Source: Chiloscyllium plagiosum (taxonomy: Eukaryota). Taken from it: a DNA stretch of 20,000 bases. The DNA lies in NCBI RefSeq assembly GCF_004010195.1, contig NC_057752.1, positions 5,895,670-5,915,669 on the forward strand. The letters run 5' to 3'. The notes beneath the pieces were generated by a model. That model ran no database searches. It was not told the origin of the DNA and saw only the letters and a list, made by a program, of their open reading frames with translations. The position numbers and the translations under genes were made by a program. Shown in pieces: positions 19,772 to 20,000 of this stretch (the first letter of the stretch is position 1; the number at the start of each line of letters is the position of its first letter).

Positions 19772-20000
19772 AGGAGAAAGTGAGGTCTGCAGATGCTGGA
19801 GATCAGAGCTGTAAATGTGTTGCTGGAAAAGCGCAGCAGGTCAGGCAGCATCCAGGGCACAGGGGAATCGACGTTTCGGGCATAAGCCCTTCTTCAGGAA
19901 TGGGGAAAGTTTGTCCAGCAGGCTAAGATAAAAGATAGGGAGGAGGGACTTGGGGGAGGGGCGTCGGAAATGTGATAGGTGGAAAGAGGTCAAGGTGAGG
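19772..20000 (-). mobile_element. Penelope-like element family 2, 3' end (runs off window end)
   Basis: Near-identical to 9226-9453 (ggagaaagtgagg.ctgcagatgct.gagatcagagctg...). Confidence 0.88.
19866..19901 (-). ncRNA. Minimal hammerhead ribozyme motif, intact core
   Basis: Minus strand: attc-CTGAAGA-a-gggc-ttat-gccc-GAAA-cgtc-gatt. It has a perfect 4-bp helix II, palindromic ACGT and a GUC cleavage triplet. Confidence 0.75.

Overview
Repeat-dominated eukaryotic genomic DNA, by inference from a cartilaginous fish (the SINE, LINE and PLE types match my recollection of shark repeats). No host protein-coding gene can be supported. (1) A complete but pseudogenised ~8.1 kb minus-strand LTR retrotransposon at 11518-19637 has paired LTRs, an AGTT target-site duplication (TSD) and a PPT. 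Its order gag(SCAN-like, CCHC)-PR-INT-RT-RH marks it as Gmr1-like Ty3/Gypsy. It sits inside an old CR1 3' end and is itself interrupted in the integrase by a younger CR1 LINE. (2) Penelope-like elements (PLEs) of at least two families are present: a ~1.7 kb palindromic copy (4511-6190) with ~700 bp inverted arms around a GIY-YIG fragment, and RT/3'-end copies at 9228-10645 and 19772-20000. All carry minimal hammerhead-ribozyme cores. (3) tRNA-derived SINEs (V-SINE/HE1-like, DeuSINE-like), many CR1 fragments and a 758-nt assembly gap make up much of the rest. I found no wholly new system; the best leads are the hammerhead motifs, the palindromic PLE and the SCAN-bearing Gmr1-like element.
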